From a virus (taxonomy: Duplodnaviria; Caudoviricetes), in IMG/VR virus record IMGVR_UViG_3300020576_005251, positions 1-64,000 of that record: a DNA stretch of 64,000 nucleotides; one strand, written 5' to 3'. Position numbers and translations under genes: made by a program. Below the pieces are notes generated by a model, which worked only from the letters and a program-made list of their open reading frames with translations, made no database searches and had not been told where the DNA came from. This document shows positions 10,701 to 19,753 of the stretch, in pieces. Position 1 is the first letter of the stretch. Every line of letters begins with the position of its first letter.

Positions 10701-11369
10701 GCTGCGCGCGGGTTCATCGGGCGCGGCTCAGGGCTCACGGACATTGGTGAGACCGAGCAGGCCCGCCTTCGTGATGTTGGCGGGCGGCGCGTCCTGGCGG
10801 GCTTCGCGGGGCTCAGGGGCGCAGGCGGCGAGATCGGAGACGCCTTCAGCGGCTTGACCGAGTCGAACTTCAGCGAGGCCCGCCTGCGAGAGATCGCCAA
10901 CGGTCTCTCCCCCGATGCCATCAGGCGCATGCGGCAGCAGCGCGGAGGCGAGGGCTACGCGCGGGCGCTCGAACAGATCCGTAGTGGCGACCAGCGCGGC
11001 TTCGCGAACATCTACTCGCGCGCCGAGCGCGATGGGCGCGACACCGAGCGCCTGGAGTCCGAGTACAACTCCACCGACGGCCTCGGCAAGGGGGCTGGCG
11101 CATGGTTCCGCCGCATGGTCGGCAGCGAGGACAACGCCCGCGCGCGCTGGGTGGCAGAGCAGCTGCGCACGTCGAGCCCTGAGGAGCGGGAGGCACGGAT
11201 GCGACGCGGTGAGAGCCGCGACACTGAGGGCGTGGTTCGTGGCGCAGGCATCGGGCAGGCGGGGGACGCCCTGTTGGAAGCGTCGCGGGAGCTCAACGAC
11301 GTTGCGCGTAACCTAAGGGAAGTGGCGAGCGGCAACAACATCTCCTCGCTCGTTGGGAGGCCCATGTGA
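7794..11369 (+). CDS. Tape-measure-like protein
   Basis: 1191 aa, G/A/M/R-rich and probably helical; sits between chaperone-like and baseplate genes. Confidence 0.6.
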   Translation: MPDYNSMQAQAGLMPSSGAPPAPQMIFPGQFAAMIAMQGNQMLNGGGMFPTNTYTPGFGTSPLFQGPTGFITPMGAGAPFNPYAPASPYSNMLSYGSPMGRPSPFAAFAPTPPPAYAGLQGLGAAPYAPPPIQPAFDTPYGSRVAQMQANHMRGWALGQANMGSAIHAGTTLGMAAIGGMMGGPIGAAGGALLSESMGIGRGAQNMYGSYVSAPRLAIQGAAQGLEHLSQSFVHSGTNLHPSGAGFSHHASLEAAQGLGNMANDSSFRRETFNRFNQQDVFKITQSSAENGLLSGTTSPQNLTSRVREIAKSVSAFMELAREPDIQRAIQTMGSLRNSGLNLQETMSAVSAGRTFARMAGTSFQGLSEIGGALGSQMYQSMGLSQGLGVQVGMGAYGQASSSINQGALSPQLASLVGGREGLSMLNSTFSASQLQLPMTAMGLMGASGGLSGGAVQSYLRGGTDVFGLTSRGPGTLSGIAGRLGVGGMGMAVGMQPMIQDTVGRLIEQQGPFARRNLEDRSIMNISRQMGMGGAEGFMTAAQMSGMQGTAALARLNELQSGSYWETQQDQLRTEQRESRANADRNRRMRAPRTIDTMLRNTALGGIGGAVGHAFHHAEVGLSRAFGGEETMDGDGAPTTDAGRRRLDEVVRSSEFRQYLDGRSGGARGLPGGVAGVGYGTNLAWAGGSRGALAAIDGLFMGSDAFRNRAARDYAAGGDYASGMLSTTSAEQRRAMGRVNETFGGMEGLSQFSQRASELAQNANGAGRVALGNLTGMVGSRAIAGSSLERVFRDTLRAQGVGDTEISRRWQSEQSSIRAQHSVMRRMYGETDAEREAWETTGEGASRFGQAGAPMRRMRDDAESGYRRLMGDVGREGQAAFRTISDESEGLGAEGSTRNRLTRQLTTGMALAQIGNMQRDGSLGRAGRHSIDRMVRQALDQGMSREDLAVITERASGISRRHLNTDGAQEAARGFIGRGSGLTDIGETEQARLRDVGGRRVLAGFAGLRGAGGEIGDAFSGLTESNFSEARLREIANGLSPDAIRRMRQQRGGEGYARALEQIRSGDQRGFANIYSRAERDGRDTERLESEYNSTDGLGKGAGAWFRRMVGSEDNARARWVAEQLRTSSPEEREARMRRGESRDTEGVVRGAGIGQAGDALLEASRELNDVARNLREVASGNNISSLVGRPM

Positions 11370-11557
11370 GTCTCGAAACTCCCGTACGCCGTATTCCGGC
11401 CTCCACGACGATCCTGCTCACCTCTCGGCACGAGGCGCTCGTCTCCGCGTATCTCGCCGACCGCACCCCCGCGAGCGATCTCCCTTCGGTGTACCGACTG
11501 GCGCGCGAGGTCGTGCGGCGCCAGGGGCACCTTGAGCTCTACCAGAGCACGAGCTGA
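11366..11557 (+). CDS. Small hypothetical protein
   Basis: GTGA overlap with the upstream stop, GGGAGG SD, and abuts the next gene. Confidence 0.5.
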   Translation: MSLETPVRRIPASTTILLTSRHEALVSAYLADRTPASDLPSVYRLAREVVRRQGHLELYQSTS

Positions 11558-11559
11558 GC

Positions 11560-12762
11560 ATGTCACGACTTCTTCCGGGTGGCGATGGCCCTGGCGGCTC
11601 CAGCGCCAAGGGGGTGTTCGCGCGTGACTTCCAGGGGATGACCCCCAAGTACGCCAAGAACAACGGCGACGGGCGCCCCGACAACTTCCGCGACACCCTG
11701 TGTCGGTTCTTCATTCGGGTTGACCCCAACGAGATCGATCTGTTCAAGAGCTCGGTGTCGGACCCGGTGATCGCGCGCGACGCGGTGCTCAATCGATTGA
11801 TCGGGGACCCTCGCGGCTCCAAGGGCTACGTCGACTTCGTCCTCCAGGGTGCAGGACTCCCCTTCCAGGAACTGATCCAGGTTGGTCAGGCGCTCTCTGG
11901 CAACTACGTCGCCTACGCCTTCGATCAGGCCCCGGTGTCCGTGCCGCTTCAGGGGTTCTTCATCAACAGCGTCCAGGACGATCAGGCGACGTACTTCGTG
12001 CGCCTCTACCTGAACCTGCTGCGCGCAACGGCCCTGGCGCGGCGCCAGAAGGTCGTCAGCCTCAAGGTGGATTCGTTCATCCTGACGGGCGCGCTGACTT
12101 CGCTGAACATCAACCTCGAATCCAAGTTCGAGGTGATGGTTCCATTCCAGATGACGCTGCTCCTCAAGCGGCTGACCATCGTGGAATACACCTCATCCTG
12201 GATCCCGACCTCCGTCGGTACACCATTCGCGACGGATCTCAACGCAGTCCCGATGGACTCCCGAGTGGTGGTGGAGCGCCCTATCCACACGTCCACTGTG
12301 CGCACGCCGAACGACCTGGACGAGCAGATCGAGCGCGGGGAGACAGACGCACGCGTCGCCGAGACGCCTGCGGCGCCCTCGGATCTGGTTGTGTCGCCGG
12401 AGGAGGCGGCAGGGGTGACGGATGCGCAGAGTGCGTTGAGGATGGCTCAGTCGCAGCTTGCGGTCACTGAGGGGCGGGTGAATGACCTGGATCGACGCGC
12501 CAACACGCTCCTGTCGGATGCGGGACGTGGGGGTGATCTCACCGCGTATCTCGCGACGACAGCAGAACGGGATGTCGCACGCGCGGATCTCGCGCGGGCC
12601 CGTACTGCGGTCGCCGCTGCCCAGACTGAGTTGACCGCCGCCAACGGGCGCATGGCCCGTCCCGCGCCTCAGACCAACGTTGCCCCGACCCCCACCCCGA
12701 CCCAGCTGCCGCCCGCTGTCCGTAGCGCACCCAACCCTGAGACGACAGGGCACGGAACATGA
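11560..12762 (+). CDS. Hypothetical tail/baseplate protein with C-terminal coiled coil
   Basis: Position in the tail operon; beta-rich N-terminal domain and heptad-like C-terminus. Confidence 0.55.
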   Translation: MSRLLPGGDGPGGSSAKGVFARDFQGMTPKYAKNNGDGRPDNFRDTLCRFFIRVDPNEIDLFKSSVSDPVIARDAVLNRLIGDPRGSKGYVDFVLQGAGLPFQELIQVGQALSGNYVAYAFDQAPVSVPLQGFFINSVQDDQATYFVRLYLNLLRATALARRQKVVSLKVDSFILTGALTSLNINLESKFEVMVPFQMTLLLKRLTIVEYTSSWIPTSVGTPFATDLNAVPMDSRVVVERPIHTSTVRTPNDLDEQIERGETDARVAETPAAPSDLVVSPEEAAGVTDAQSALRMAQSQLAVTEGRVNDLDRRANTLLSDAGRGGDLTAYLATTAERDVARADLARARTAVAAAQTELTAANGRMARPAPQTNVAPTPTPTQLPPAVRSAPNPETTGHGT

Positions 12763-13805
12763 GGTCAACGCTTCAGTCCACCTCCCCCGAATATCGGGCG
12801 GTTGTCGCCGCCAACACGCCGATCGTCGCTGTGTTCTCGATCGAGCTCAACGCGAGTGGGCGTTCGCTGGCGATGAAGGTCGGCGGCGTGACGGTCCTCG
12901 CGTGGGATGGAACGACTACGACGATCTCGTCCGGGTACGGGGGCTCCGTGACTCTCAGCGGCGACACACTCACCGCCACGCTGACGAAGACGGGAGGTTG
13001 GACACACGCGGCGGGCGTCGTGTGGTCGGTGAGCTACACCGACAGCGTGACGAACAGCATTCAGCGCGACGGCGCGCACGTCTATCTCACGGAGACGCTG
13101 GAGAACGCCGAGCCCACAGCCGGATCCCGGGACGTGGCACGCAGGCCCTGGGTTCTCACCGAAGCCAGCGTTGACGGCGGGACCGTCGTCGGTATGGACC
13201 TCCAGGTGAACGGGGAGAACGCCATCGAAGAGGGTGTCATCAACAGCCCCAACTACGAGGGCTTCACTGGCGTGATCGACGCCAAGGGCTACGCCATCGT
13301 ACGCCCGCGTCGCTTCTACCAGTACAACCAGAGTGTGGTCATTCGCGCACGGCTCCGCGTCAGCGTCAGCTCGATCGTCTATCGCGGATCCCTCTCGCGA
13401 ACCCTGGTTGTCGGTGAGCGCCCGCTGCGGATCGGCGCGCTGCCCGACATCACCCCGACCAGTCATCCACTCCTGGAGGCCGCGCGTAGGCTCGTCGAGG
13501 GCGCGCTCCGTCCCTCCTCTGACGGCCCCAACCTCGCCTCCCTGATGCCGTATTACGTACGGCGTACGGAGATCGGCGGGCTCATCCGTTGGTACGGCGA
13601 GAACACCCCGGATCCGGCCTCCGCCGACCTCCCAAGCTACGCGACGCTGATCGAACTCGTGGCAGATGTGCGCCCCCTGGCGGTCCCGCTGTTCAACGAG
13701 TGCGCGCACCCGGCCGAACTGGATTCCCTGCTCGCGGCGTGGCGTTCTGACTCTGTGGTGGAGCAAGTTGGCGCGCTCTGTGTTCTACTCGTGTCTCACC
13801 GCTGA
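12759..13805 (+). CDS. Hypothetical virion protein
   Basis: Coupled ORF with a beta-rich N-terminus, in the tail operon. Confidence 0.55.
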   Translation: MRSTLQSTSPEYRAVVAANTPIVAVFSIELNASGRSLAMKVGGVTVLAWDGTTTTISSGYGGSVTLSGDTLTATLTKTGGWTHAAGVVWSVSYTDSVTNSIQRDGAHVYLTETLENAEPTAGSRDVARRPWVLTEASVDGGTVVGMDLQVNGENAIEEGVINSPNYEGFTGVIDAKGYAIVRPRRFYQYNQSVVIRARLRVSVSSIVYRGSLSRTLVVGERPLRIGALPDITPTSHPLLEAARRLVEGALRPSSDGPNLASLMPYYVRRTEIGGLIRWYGENTPDPASADLPSYATLIELVADVRPLAVPLFNECAHPAELDSLLAAWRSDSVVEQVGALCVLLVSHR

Positions 13806-13813
13806 GGAGCACC

Positions 13814-16800
13814 ATGGCTTTCGACCCCAACGCCGCCCGCTCTGGGTCGGTCCTCTCGACTAATCCGCTCTACCTCGCCGCCTGGGTTTGCTACATCAAC
13901 GGCCTCTACACCCCGATCATCGGCTTCGATGTCGATTACGGCGTATGGGCGTTCCCGACCTTCCGTATCCACCTCCTCCCGGACCCGTCCATCGAGCGCC
14001 TGGGGGCCGAGGACCGCGTTCAGGTAGCGATCTTCTACCTGGATCACTGGTACGATCCGAGCAAGCCGGAGCCCCGACTCCTGGTTGATGGCGAGATCAC
14101 CTCGTGGGGCTTCACGAACGTGGGCGGCGGTCGCGCGATCACGTTCAACTGCGTCGCGCACGCGCGCATCTTTGAGCAGCTCTACTTCTATTACATGACC
14201 AATGTCGACGACATCGTCGCCTCGCGGTCACCAGATGTTGCGGCCACTTCCGTCGCGACGACCCCGGGCCCCTTCTACCCCTACGGACTCTTCCACCAGG
14301 GGCTTACACCCACCGCAGAACAAGCGGCATCTGAGACCGCTGGCTACTCCGGCGCTGCGCCTGCGTCGAGTGCGGAGGTGTCTCCGTCCACGCCGATCCA
14401 GGCGCCCTACGAGTTCGTCACGAACGTGATTCGTGGCTGCATCTCTTCTGAGGTGCCCGACTCTCGACGCTCGGCGCCGATGATGAACTTCTTCGCGCGA
14501 TGGATTCGAACCACCAGCTTCCACAACCGATGGGTGCGCCTGCCCATGCTGGAAGACCCAGCCAACCTGAGCCAGCGGATCGGGGTGTTCCCGATCTTCA
14601 ACGCGGCCAGGAACTCCGAAGCGCTGACGGCCATGCAGCGCCACGTGAGCTCTCAGGTCGGGAACTCGGGCAACATCTGGAATCTCTTTCAGCAAGTGCT
14701 CGGGCTTGTGAACATGGAGATCGGGATGATCCCGAACCCGTGCTCCGTGATGGTGCAGCTGAATGACACCAGCGGCGGTGCCACCTCCAACCCCACCGAT
14801 GGTCGAATCATCGAGGCGCCGCGCTACGCCACGCCCCTACGCGACCAGAGGTCGATCTCGGAGCGCGCTCCTCTGCCCGAGTTCAACCCCGCACCTGTGG
14901 GTCCGACTCCGCTCCCCTCGATCGAGGCGGATCTCTATCGCGCCTCTCAGCCTGGAGACAGCGTTCGCATGCCTGCGAACTCTCAGGGCGGCGTTGAGCA
15001 GGGCATAAACCCCACCACGCCCATCCGACTGGCGCAATACTTCGTCAAGCCGCAGAACTTCTTCGGGGAGCCGCCTGCCTGCAACATCATCTTCCCCAGC
15101 ATGATCAGTGAAGGCTGGGGGTTCAACGAGGACTTCGCAGGCCAGCCGACGCGCAGCCTCGTGAACGATTCCGTGATGACCAACCTCCTGCGCGCGACCG
15201 GCCCCAACCGCGAGTTCATGCTGCACGCGCTGTCGGTGGGGTACCCCGAAGAGGTCAACGCGATCCTGCATCACCGAGTCGGATCGGACAACCAGACGGC
15301 CAGTGGCCCCTCGGAGTCTGGGAAGAATCTCCTCATCTGGCCGGAGGAGTTCTTCAAGGGGCCCGTGGTCACGAAGGTGGATCTGCCTGCGTGGTTTCAG
15401 ATGCTGCGGCAGTTCTCGAATGCGCAGGCGGACCCGGTTACAGGCGAGCCCGCGCCCACCACCAACAACCCCCGGGAACCTCAGGCCACTCCGGTTAGTA
15501 CCACTCCCGTAGCATCTGTCCTTCAGGGGCTTACCGCTGAAGCTACTGCAAGCGCATCTCCACCCATCGCGCAAGACCGACGCGGAGGGCGTGCGCGCGG
15601 TGGAGAGGTACGTGCTGAGGAGAGCCCCTCGTACCCCTACCGATGGCTACTGCCTGATGAAATCGAGGCCACTGGGCGGGAACAACGTACGACGTATACC
15701 CGGGTACGTAAGTCCGCCAGCGGTGACGGGTTGACCCAGCAGAGCACCGACTTCGTGGAGCCGCATCGTGGTACGAAGGCGTTTCGCGACTACCTCTACA
15801 CGAGGTTCCCGGATGTCTTCTCACGGCGGGAGCAGCGCCCCAACAGGACGATTGGGTTGGTGAGTCCGCGTGATCGACGACCCGTGCTCGCGGTGGGCGC
15901 CAACGTCGATGACCACAATGCCGGAATGGCGCTTGACCTGACCGTTCCGCCGATTCAAGGACGCCCCAACCTGGAAGTCGGTACCCGCGTTGCGAACTGG
16001 CTGGTCCAGAACGCGCAGGCGCTGGGTATTGCGTATATTGTGTATGCTCGAACAATCTGGGGCGCTGGGAGGCCCTCTCGTCACTACACCTCTCCAGGTG
16101 CGTCCATGGATCACTTCGATCACATCCACGTGACCCTGGAGAGAGAGGTGGCGCTTGGGCGTGGCGGTATTCTCTCTCGGAACAACCCGCTACCGTACCC
16201 CTCTACTGCTGTGACGAACGTGGTTCGTAGAGCCCCTACGGTGGCGGTACATCCGGGGGCTCCCGGTACGTCCACGCAGACAACCACGCAGAACGTGACG
16301 AGTCGCCCTGATACCACGACCACGACGGGAGAAGCCCAGAGCGGCGACTCCTTCGCCGACCTCTTCGGCATCTACGCGCAGTTCGAGTACATCAGGTCCC
16401 GCTACTCCAAGCGCAACGCCAGCGCACAGCTCTTCTTCAACCCCTACATCATCCCAGGCTTCCCGGGGATGATCTTCGATTCGATGGCGACGGGAATCCA
16501 CTGCGTGGGCTACGTCCAGCGCGTGACGCACTCTGCCTCCATCTCCACGGGCGGAGCGCGCTGGGGCACGTCTGTGCAGTTCGGCTACGCACGCACGTTC
16601 TACGAGATGCTCACCGACATCAAGGCGGACGCGTACCGCTTTGCGGCCCGCGTGACCAGCGCACCTGCGGACATCATTCCGGAGTTGCGCGAGGTCTTTC
16701 AGGATGAGACAGCGGCCGAGGAGTTCTACAGCAAGCTGCTGTACGGCTCGCGCAACCTCAACCCGGTGACGATCAACAACCCGACGACCGCTGCGGCGTA

Positions 16801-17485
16801 CAGCGACAGCCAGCGACGCCGAGCCACCGCGTTCCGCTGGGCCGACGCCATTGGATACGCCGAGGCGAATGGGCGCGTGTCCGAGATCGTGATCGAGGGG
16901 CGTTCGACGCAGGCCCAGGTTCGGGCGGAGCGCGACGGGACAGACCTGACCACGACGCAAACCTTCTCCGAAGGGATCGACCCGAATCGAGTGCTCGCCG
17001 CGCGTGAAAACGGGTACGCCGAAGCGTTCGCGAGCTACGACGTGGCCATGCAGTACGCCGCGCGTCCGTGCTGCACGCTCGACGAGTACATCCGCTTCTG
17101 GCACGGCGGGAAGCAGATCGGCTTGCTCCAGTCGGAAGCAGGCGGGTTCCAGGTTGGTCCCGTGCGGAATGACTTCTCGTACACCGGAGAGAACGTCCCG
17201 GACGTGCTCAAGTCGACACGTACCAGCGCCACGGGCTTCAGCCTCACCAGCGGTGAGCGGCGGCGTGAGACGGCGGCATTCTACGACCACATCTACGTAC
17301 TTCGGCCGGGCCCTGGGCCTGAGCCAACCGCAGAGCAGCGCGGGTACACTTCCCCGCCCGACATCCAGCCTACGGGGACGGTCTCGGGCCTCCCTGCGGA
17401 TTACCCACAGACGCGCGCCGACTGGACGGTCGCGCTACGCTACTATCGCGACAAGATCCGTAACCGAGTGAGTCCTTCCGTATGA
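13814..17485 (+). CDS. Baseplate-hub-like protein with an inserted M15/Hedgehog-type peptidase domain
   Basis: GAGGAG SD; DDHNAGMALDL (H-x6-D) and DHFDHIHV (HxH) Zn-ligand motifs at about 15900-16130; FNPYIIPGFPG and GYVQRVTHS resemble hub-protein segments. Confidence 0.55.
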   Translation: MAFDPNAARSGSVLSTNPLYLAAWVCYINGLYTPIIGFDVDYGVWAFPTFRIHLLPDPSIERLGAEDRVQVAIFYLDHWYDPSKPEPRLLVDGEITSWGFTNVGGGRAITFNCVAHARIFEQLYFYYMTNVDDIVASRSPDVAATSVATTPGPFYPYGLFHQGLTPTAEQAASETAGYSGAAPASSAEVSPSTPIQAPYEFVTNVIRGCISSEVPDSRRSAPMMNFFARWIRTTSFHNRWVRLPMLEDPANLSQRIGVFPIFNAARNSEALTAMQRHVSSQVGNSGNIWNLFQQVLGLVNMEIGMIPNPCSVMVQLNDTSGGATSNPTDGRIIEAPRYATPLRDQRSISERAPLPEFNPAPVGPTPLPSIEADLYRASQPGDSVRMPANSQGGVEQGINPTTPIRLAQYFVKPQNFFGEPPACNIIFPSMISEGWGFNEDFAGQPTRSLVNDSVMTNLLRATGPNREFMLHALSVGYPEEVNAILHHRVGSDNQTASGPSESGKNLLIWPEEFFKGPVVTKVDLPAWFQMLRQFSNAQADPVTGEPAPTTNNPREPQATPVSTTPVASVLQGLTAEATASASPPIAQDRRGGRARGGEVRAEESPSYPYRWLLPDEIEATGREQRTTYTRVRKSASGDGLTQQSTDFVEPHRGTKAFRDYLYTRFPDVFSRREQRPNRTIGLVSPRDRRPVLAVGANVDDHNAGMALDLTVPPIQGRPNLEVGTRVANWLVQNAQALGIAYIVYARTIWGAGRPSRHYTSPGASMDHFDHIHVTLEREVALGRGGILSRNNPLPYPSTAVTNVVRRAPTVAVHPGAPGTSTQTTTQNVTSRPDTTTTTGEAQSGDSFADLFGIYAQFEYIRSRYSKRNASAQLFFNPYIIPGFPGMIFDSMATGIHCVGYVQRVTHSASISTGGARWGTSVQFGYARTFYEMLTDIKADAYRFAARVTSAPADIIPELREVFQDETAAEEFYSKLLYGSRNLNPVTINNPTTAAAYSDSQRRRATAFRWADAIGYAEANGRVSEIVIEGRSTQAQVRAERDGTDLTTTQTFSEGIDPNRVLAARENGYAEAFASYDVAMQYAARPCCTLDEYIRFWHGGKQIGLLQSEAGGFQVGPVRNDFSYTGENVPDVLKSTRTSATGFSLTSGERRRETAAFYDHIYVLRPGPGPEPTAEQRGYTSPPDIQPTGTVSGLPADYPQTRADWTVALRYYRDKIRNRVSPSV

Positions 17486-18177
17486 GTGAGCTTCGCGCGC
17501 GCGATCAGATCCTGTGGGAGCAGTGGAACCGGACGCGGAGCAACGCGGACCTCGACGCGTTGGTCAAGCAGCTCAACCCGCTCATCCAGCAGAAGGTGAA
17601 CCAGTGGGCCAGCGTCGCCCCGCGCTTCCTGCTGGAGAACGAGGCGAAGGCGCTGGCCATCAAGGCCATCAGCACCTACCGACCCGGCGCGTCGCAGCTC
17701 TCGACGCACGTGACGAGTCACCTGATGAAGCTGTCGCGTACGGCGTACGCAAGACAATCTACGTTGGCAGTCCCCGAGGCCACTCGCCTCTCATTCAACA
17801 GCATCAACGGCGCGAAGACACGACTCGCCGATCAGCTGGGGCGCCCGCCATCCCTGGATGAACTGTCGGACCACCTTCGCCTTCCGCCCGCGCGCATCCA
17901 GAAGCTGATGCAGGAAGTGGGCAAGCGCGAGCTGATGGAATCCGGCGAAGGGCCCTCCTTCGTGCAGCACTTCGACGACCCGGAGGTCCTGCACCTCGCG
18001 TGGCACGACATGCCTCCGATCCAACGCAAGGTGTTCGAGATGCGTACGGGGTATAACGGCACCCCCGTCGCGACCGGCGCTCAGATCATGAAGGCGACGA
18101 ACCTCACGCAGGGCCAACTGTCGCACCAGCTCGGCAAGATCAAGACGCTCCTCGATCAGGCACAGAAACTCCGATGA
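17482..18177 (+). CDS. Sigma70-family RNA polymerase sigma factor (FliA/WhiG-like)
   Basis: Region 2-like LVKQLNPLI...AIKAISTYRPG..LSTHV, region 3 LGRPPSLDELSDHL, region 4-like PPIQRKVFEMR and an HTH. Confidence 0.75.
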   Translation: MSELRARDQILWEQWNRTRSNADLDALVKQLNPLIQQKVNQWASVAPRFLLENEAKALAIKAISTYRPGASQLSTHVTSHLMKLSRTAYARQSTLAVPEATRLSFNSINGAKTRLADQLGRPPSLDELSDHLRLPPARIQKLMQEVGKRELMESGEGPSFVQHFDDPEVLHLAWHDMPPIQRKVFEMRTGYNGTPVATGAQIMKATNLTQGQLSHQLGKIKTLLDQAQKLR

Positions 18178-19301
18178 CGCGCCCGTCCGAAGTGCTGAGA
18201 AACGCGCACACCCAGATCGCGAGCACGCGCCGCGAGGGGGCTGTTCGTTATCTCAACCGGGCTGCGCCTGCGGGACAAGCCTCGGGCGGTTGGTTGTCGG
18301 ATGTGGGGTTCTACGTCGCGCGCCCCTTTGCCTATGCACGCGCCGACACGTCGAACCTCATGCCCACGCCGGAGGATCCGCGCGAGGTGACCGAGATCGA
18401 GTTTGTCTTGTACGGTGTGAAGCGCGACGCGGAACGCTTGGCGTCCTCCGCACCTCTCCGCACGACCCGTGCCTCCGGCGCGACCGGGATCGCCCCATTC
18501 CCCACCGACGCCGAGTACGTGGGGGCGGCGGACCTGGGCGATGACACGACCGTTGCGGAGAAGACGACTTCGCTCTTGGCGCGTATTCGTAGCGCAGGCT
18601 CCGGTGACGCTTACCACGTTGTCGTGACGCGTAATGGCGCGGTCTACGTCGCGGCGTCCGTTGCGCAAGAGGTCGCGTCGGAGGGTGCCGTTGGCAAGGT
18701 GCGTGTGGCGGTAGAGGGCGCAGCGTATCGCCTCCGAACAGCTACGGAGATCCTGGACGTGCCTCCCACCCAGGCGCAGCTTGAGTCCCTCGCGGTGGCG
18801 GTCGCAAAGCTGCGGGCCATCTACCCCGGAGTCCCTCTCACCTATCAGATTCGCGCCGAAGAACCTGTCGCTTCGATCACTGCGCTCTGGTGGGACCGTG
18901 TCGAATCAGCGCAGACTGACTTCGAAGCTCTCGTGACCAATGAGGGTGTGTACGACGCTTCCGCCGAGGTGTTTCGCGCTTCGCCGCCCGCGCAGTCGCA
19001 TCGCGCAGAAGCGCAGATTGTGCTCGGGCACCTGGAGACGCTGGGCGAGTCTTCTCTGGTCATGGCGGCGTATGCCGACATCGCCGCCGCTGATCGATCC
19101 GAGCAGATGCAACAGCCGGGGCGTGTGCGACACTTCGTGCAACGCGCCCGTGCTTCTCTCCAAGACGCCGACCACTCTGGGGAGGCGGCGGGACATGTGG
19201 CCGCTGCGGATAGCTTCACTCCCGTGATCGCACCGGCCACCAACAGTGGGCCGTTCGTCTACAACTATCGTACAGGTCGGTGGGGTGACAATGAGCGTTG
19301 A
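18174..19301 (+). CDS. Virion protein with a degenerate N-acetylmuramoyl-L-alanine amidase-like domain
   Basis: AYHVVVTRNGAVY, VAVEG and PTQAQLESL match the Amidase_2 scaffold; the N-terminal Zn-ligand His is not evident. Confidence 0.45.
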   Translation: MTRPSEVLRNAHTQIASTRREGAVRYLNRAAPAGQASGGWLSDVGFYVARPFAYARADTSNLMPTPEDPREVTEIEFVLYGVKRDAERLASSAPLRTTRASGATGIAPFPTDAEYVGAADLGDDTTVAEKTTSLLARIRSAGSGDAYHVVVTRNGAVYVAASVAQEVASEGAVGKVRVAVEGAAYRLRTATEILDVPPTQAQLESLAVAVAKLRAIYPGVPLTYQIRAEEPVASITALWWDRVESAQTDFEALVTNEGVYDASAEVFRASPPAQSHRAEAQIVLGHLETLGESSLVMAAYADIAAADRSEQMQQPGRVRHFVQRARASLQDADHSGEAAGHVAAADSFTPVIAPATNSGPFVYNYRTGRWGDNER

Positions 19302-19731
19302 TCTGCACATCCAGCTGAAGGATCCCTCACGTCAGCGCCCACGCGCCGTGTTCACCCTGGACACGACCAACCCACAGATCGTGGAAGGGCTTCAGAAGCT
19401 GATCAACCGCTGGCTCAAGCTGTTCCTGACGAAGAAGGGGTCGCATCCCGTACGGCGTACGGAGGGGACTATCTTCTCGAACCTCGTCGGGGGCAACATC
19501 GCGGACCTGCGTGGCACCGAAGTCTACGTGATCGAGGCCATCGAAGACGCCAACGATCAGATCTTCGTGTACGACCGTCTCAACGTCACAGCGCCAGCCG
19601 AGGAGCGTCTCGGCAGCGCGGCCCTCGCGCAGTTCGTAGAGGTCCCACCGTCCGGGATCGAGTTCTGGGTCACGCTGCGCAACGCGGCGGGTGACAGCGC
19701 GCAGGTGGTTCTGCCTTACGCTTACGCCTGA
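19291..19731 (+). CDS. gp25/GpW-like baseplate wedge subunit
   Basis: GLQKLINRWLKLFLTKKGSHP..EGT pattern; directly upstream of the J-like gene. Confidence 0.6.
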   Translation: MSVDLHIQLKDPSRQRPRAVFTLDTTNPQIVEGLQKLINRWLKLFLTKKGSHPVRRTEGTIFSNLVGGNIADLRGTEVYVIEAIEDANDQIFVYDRLNVTAPAEERLGSAALAQFVEVPPSGIEFWVTLRNAAGDSAQVVLPYAYA

Positions 19732-19753
19732 GGACGCGTATCCTTTCTGTGCG

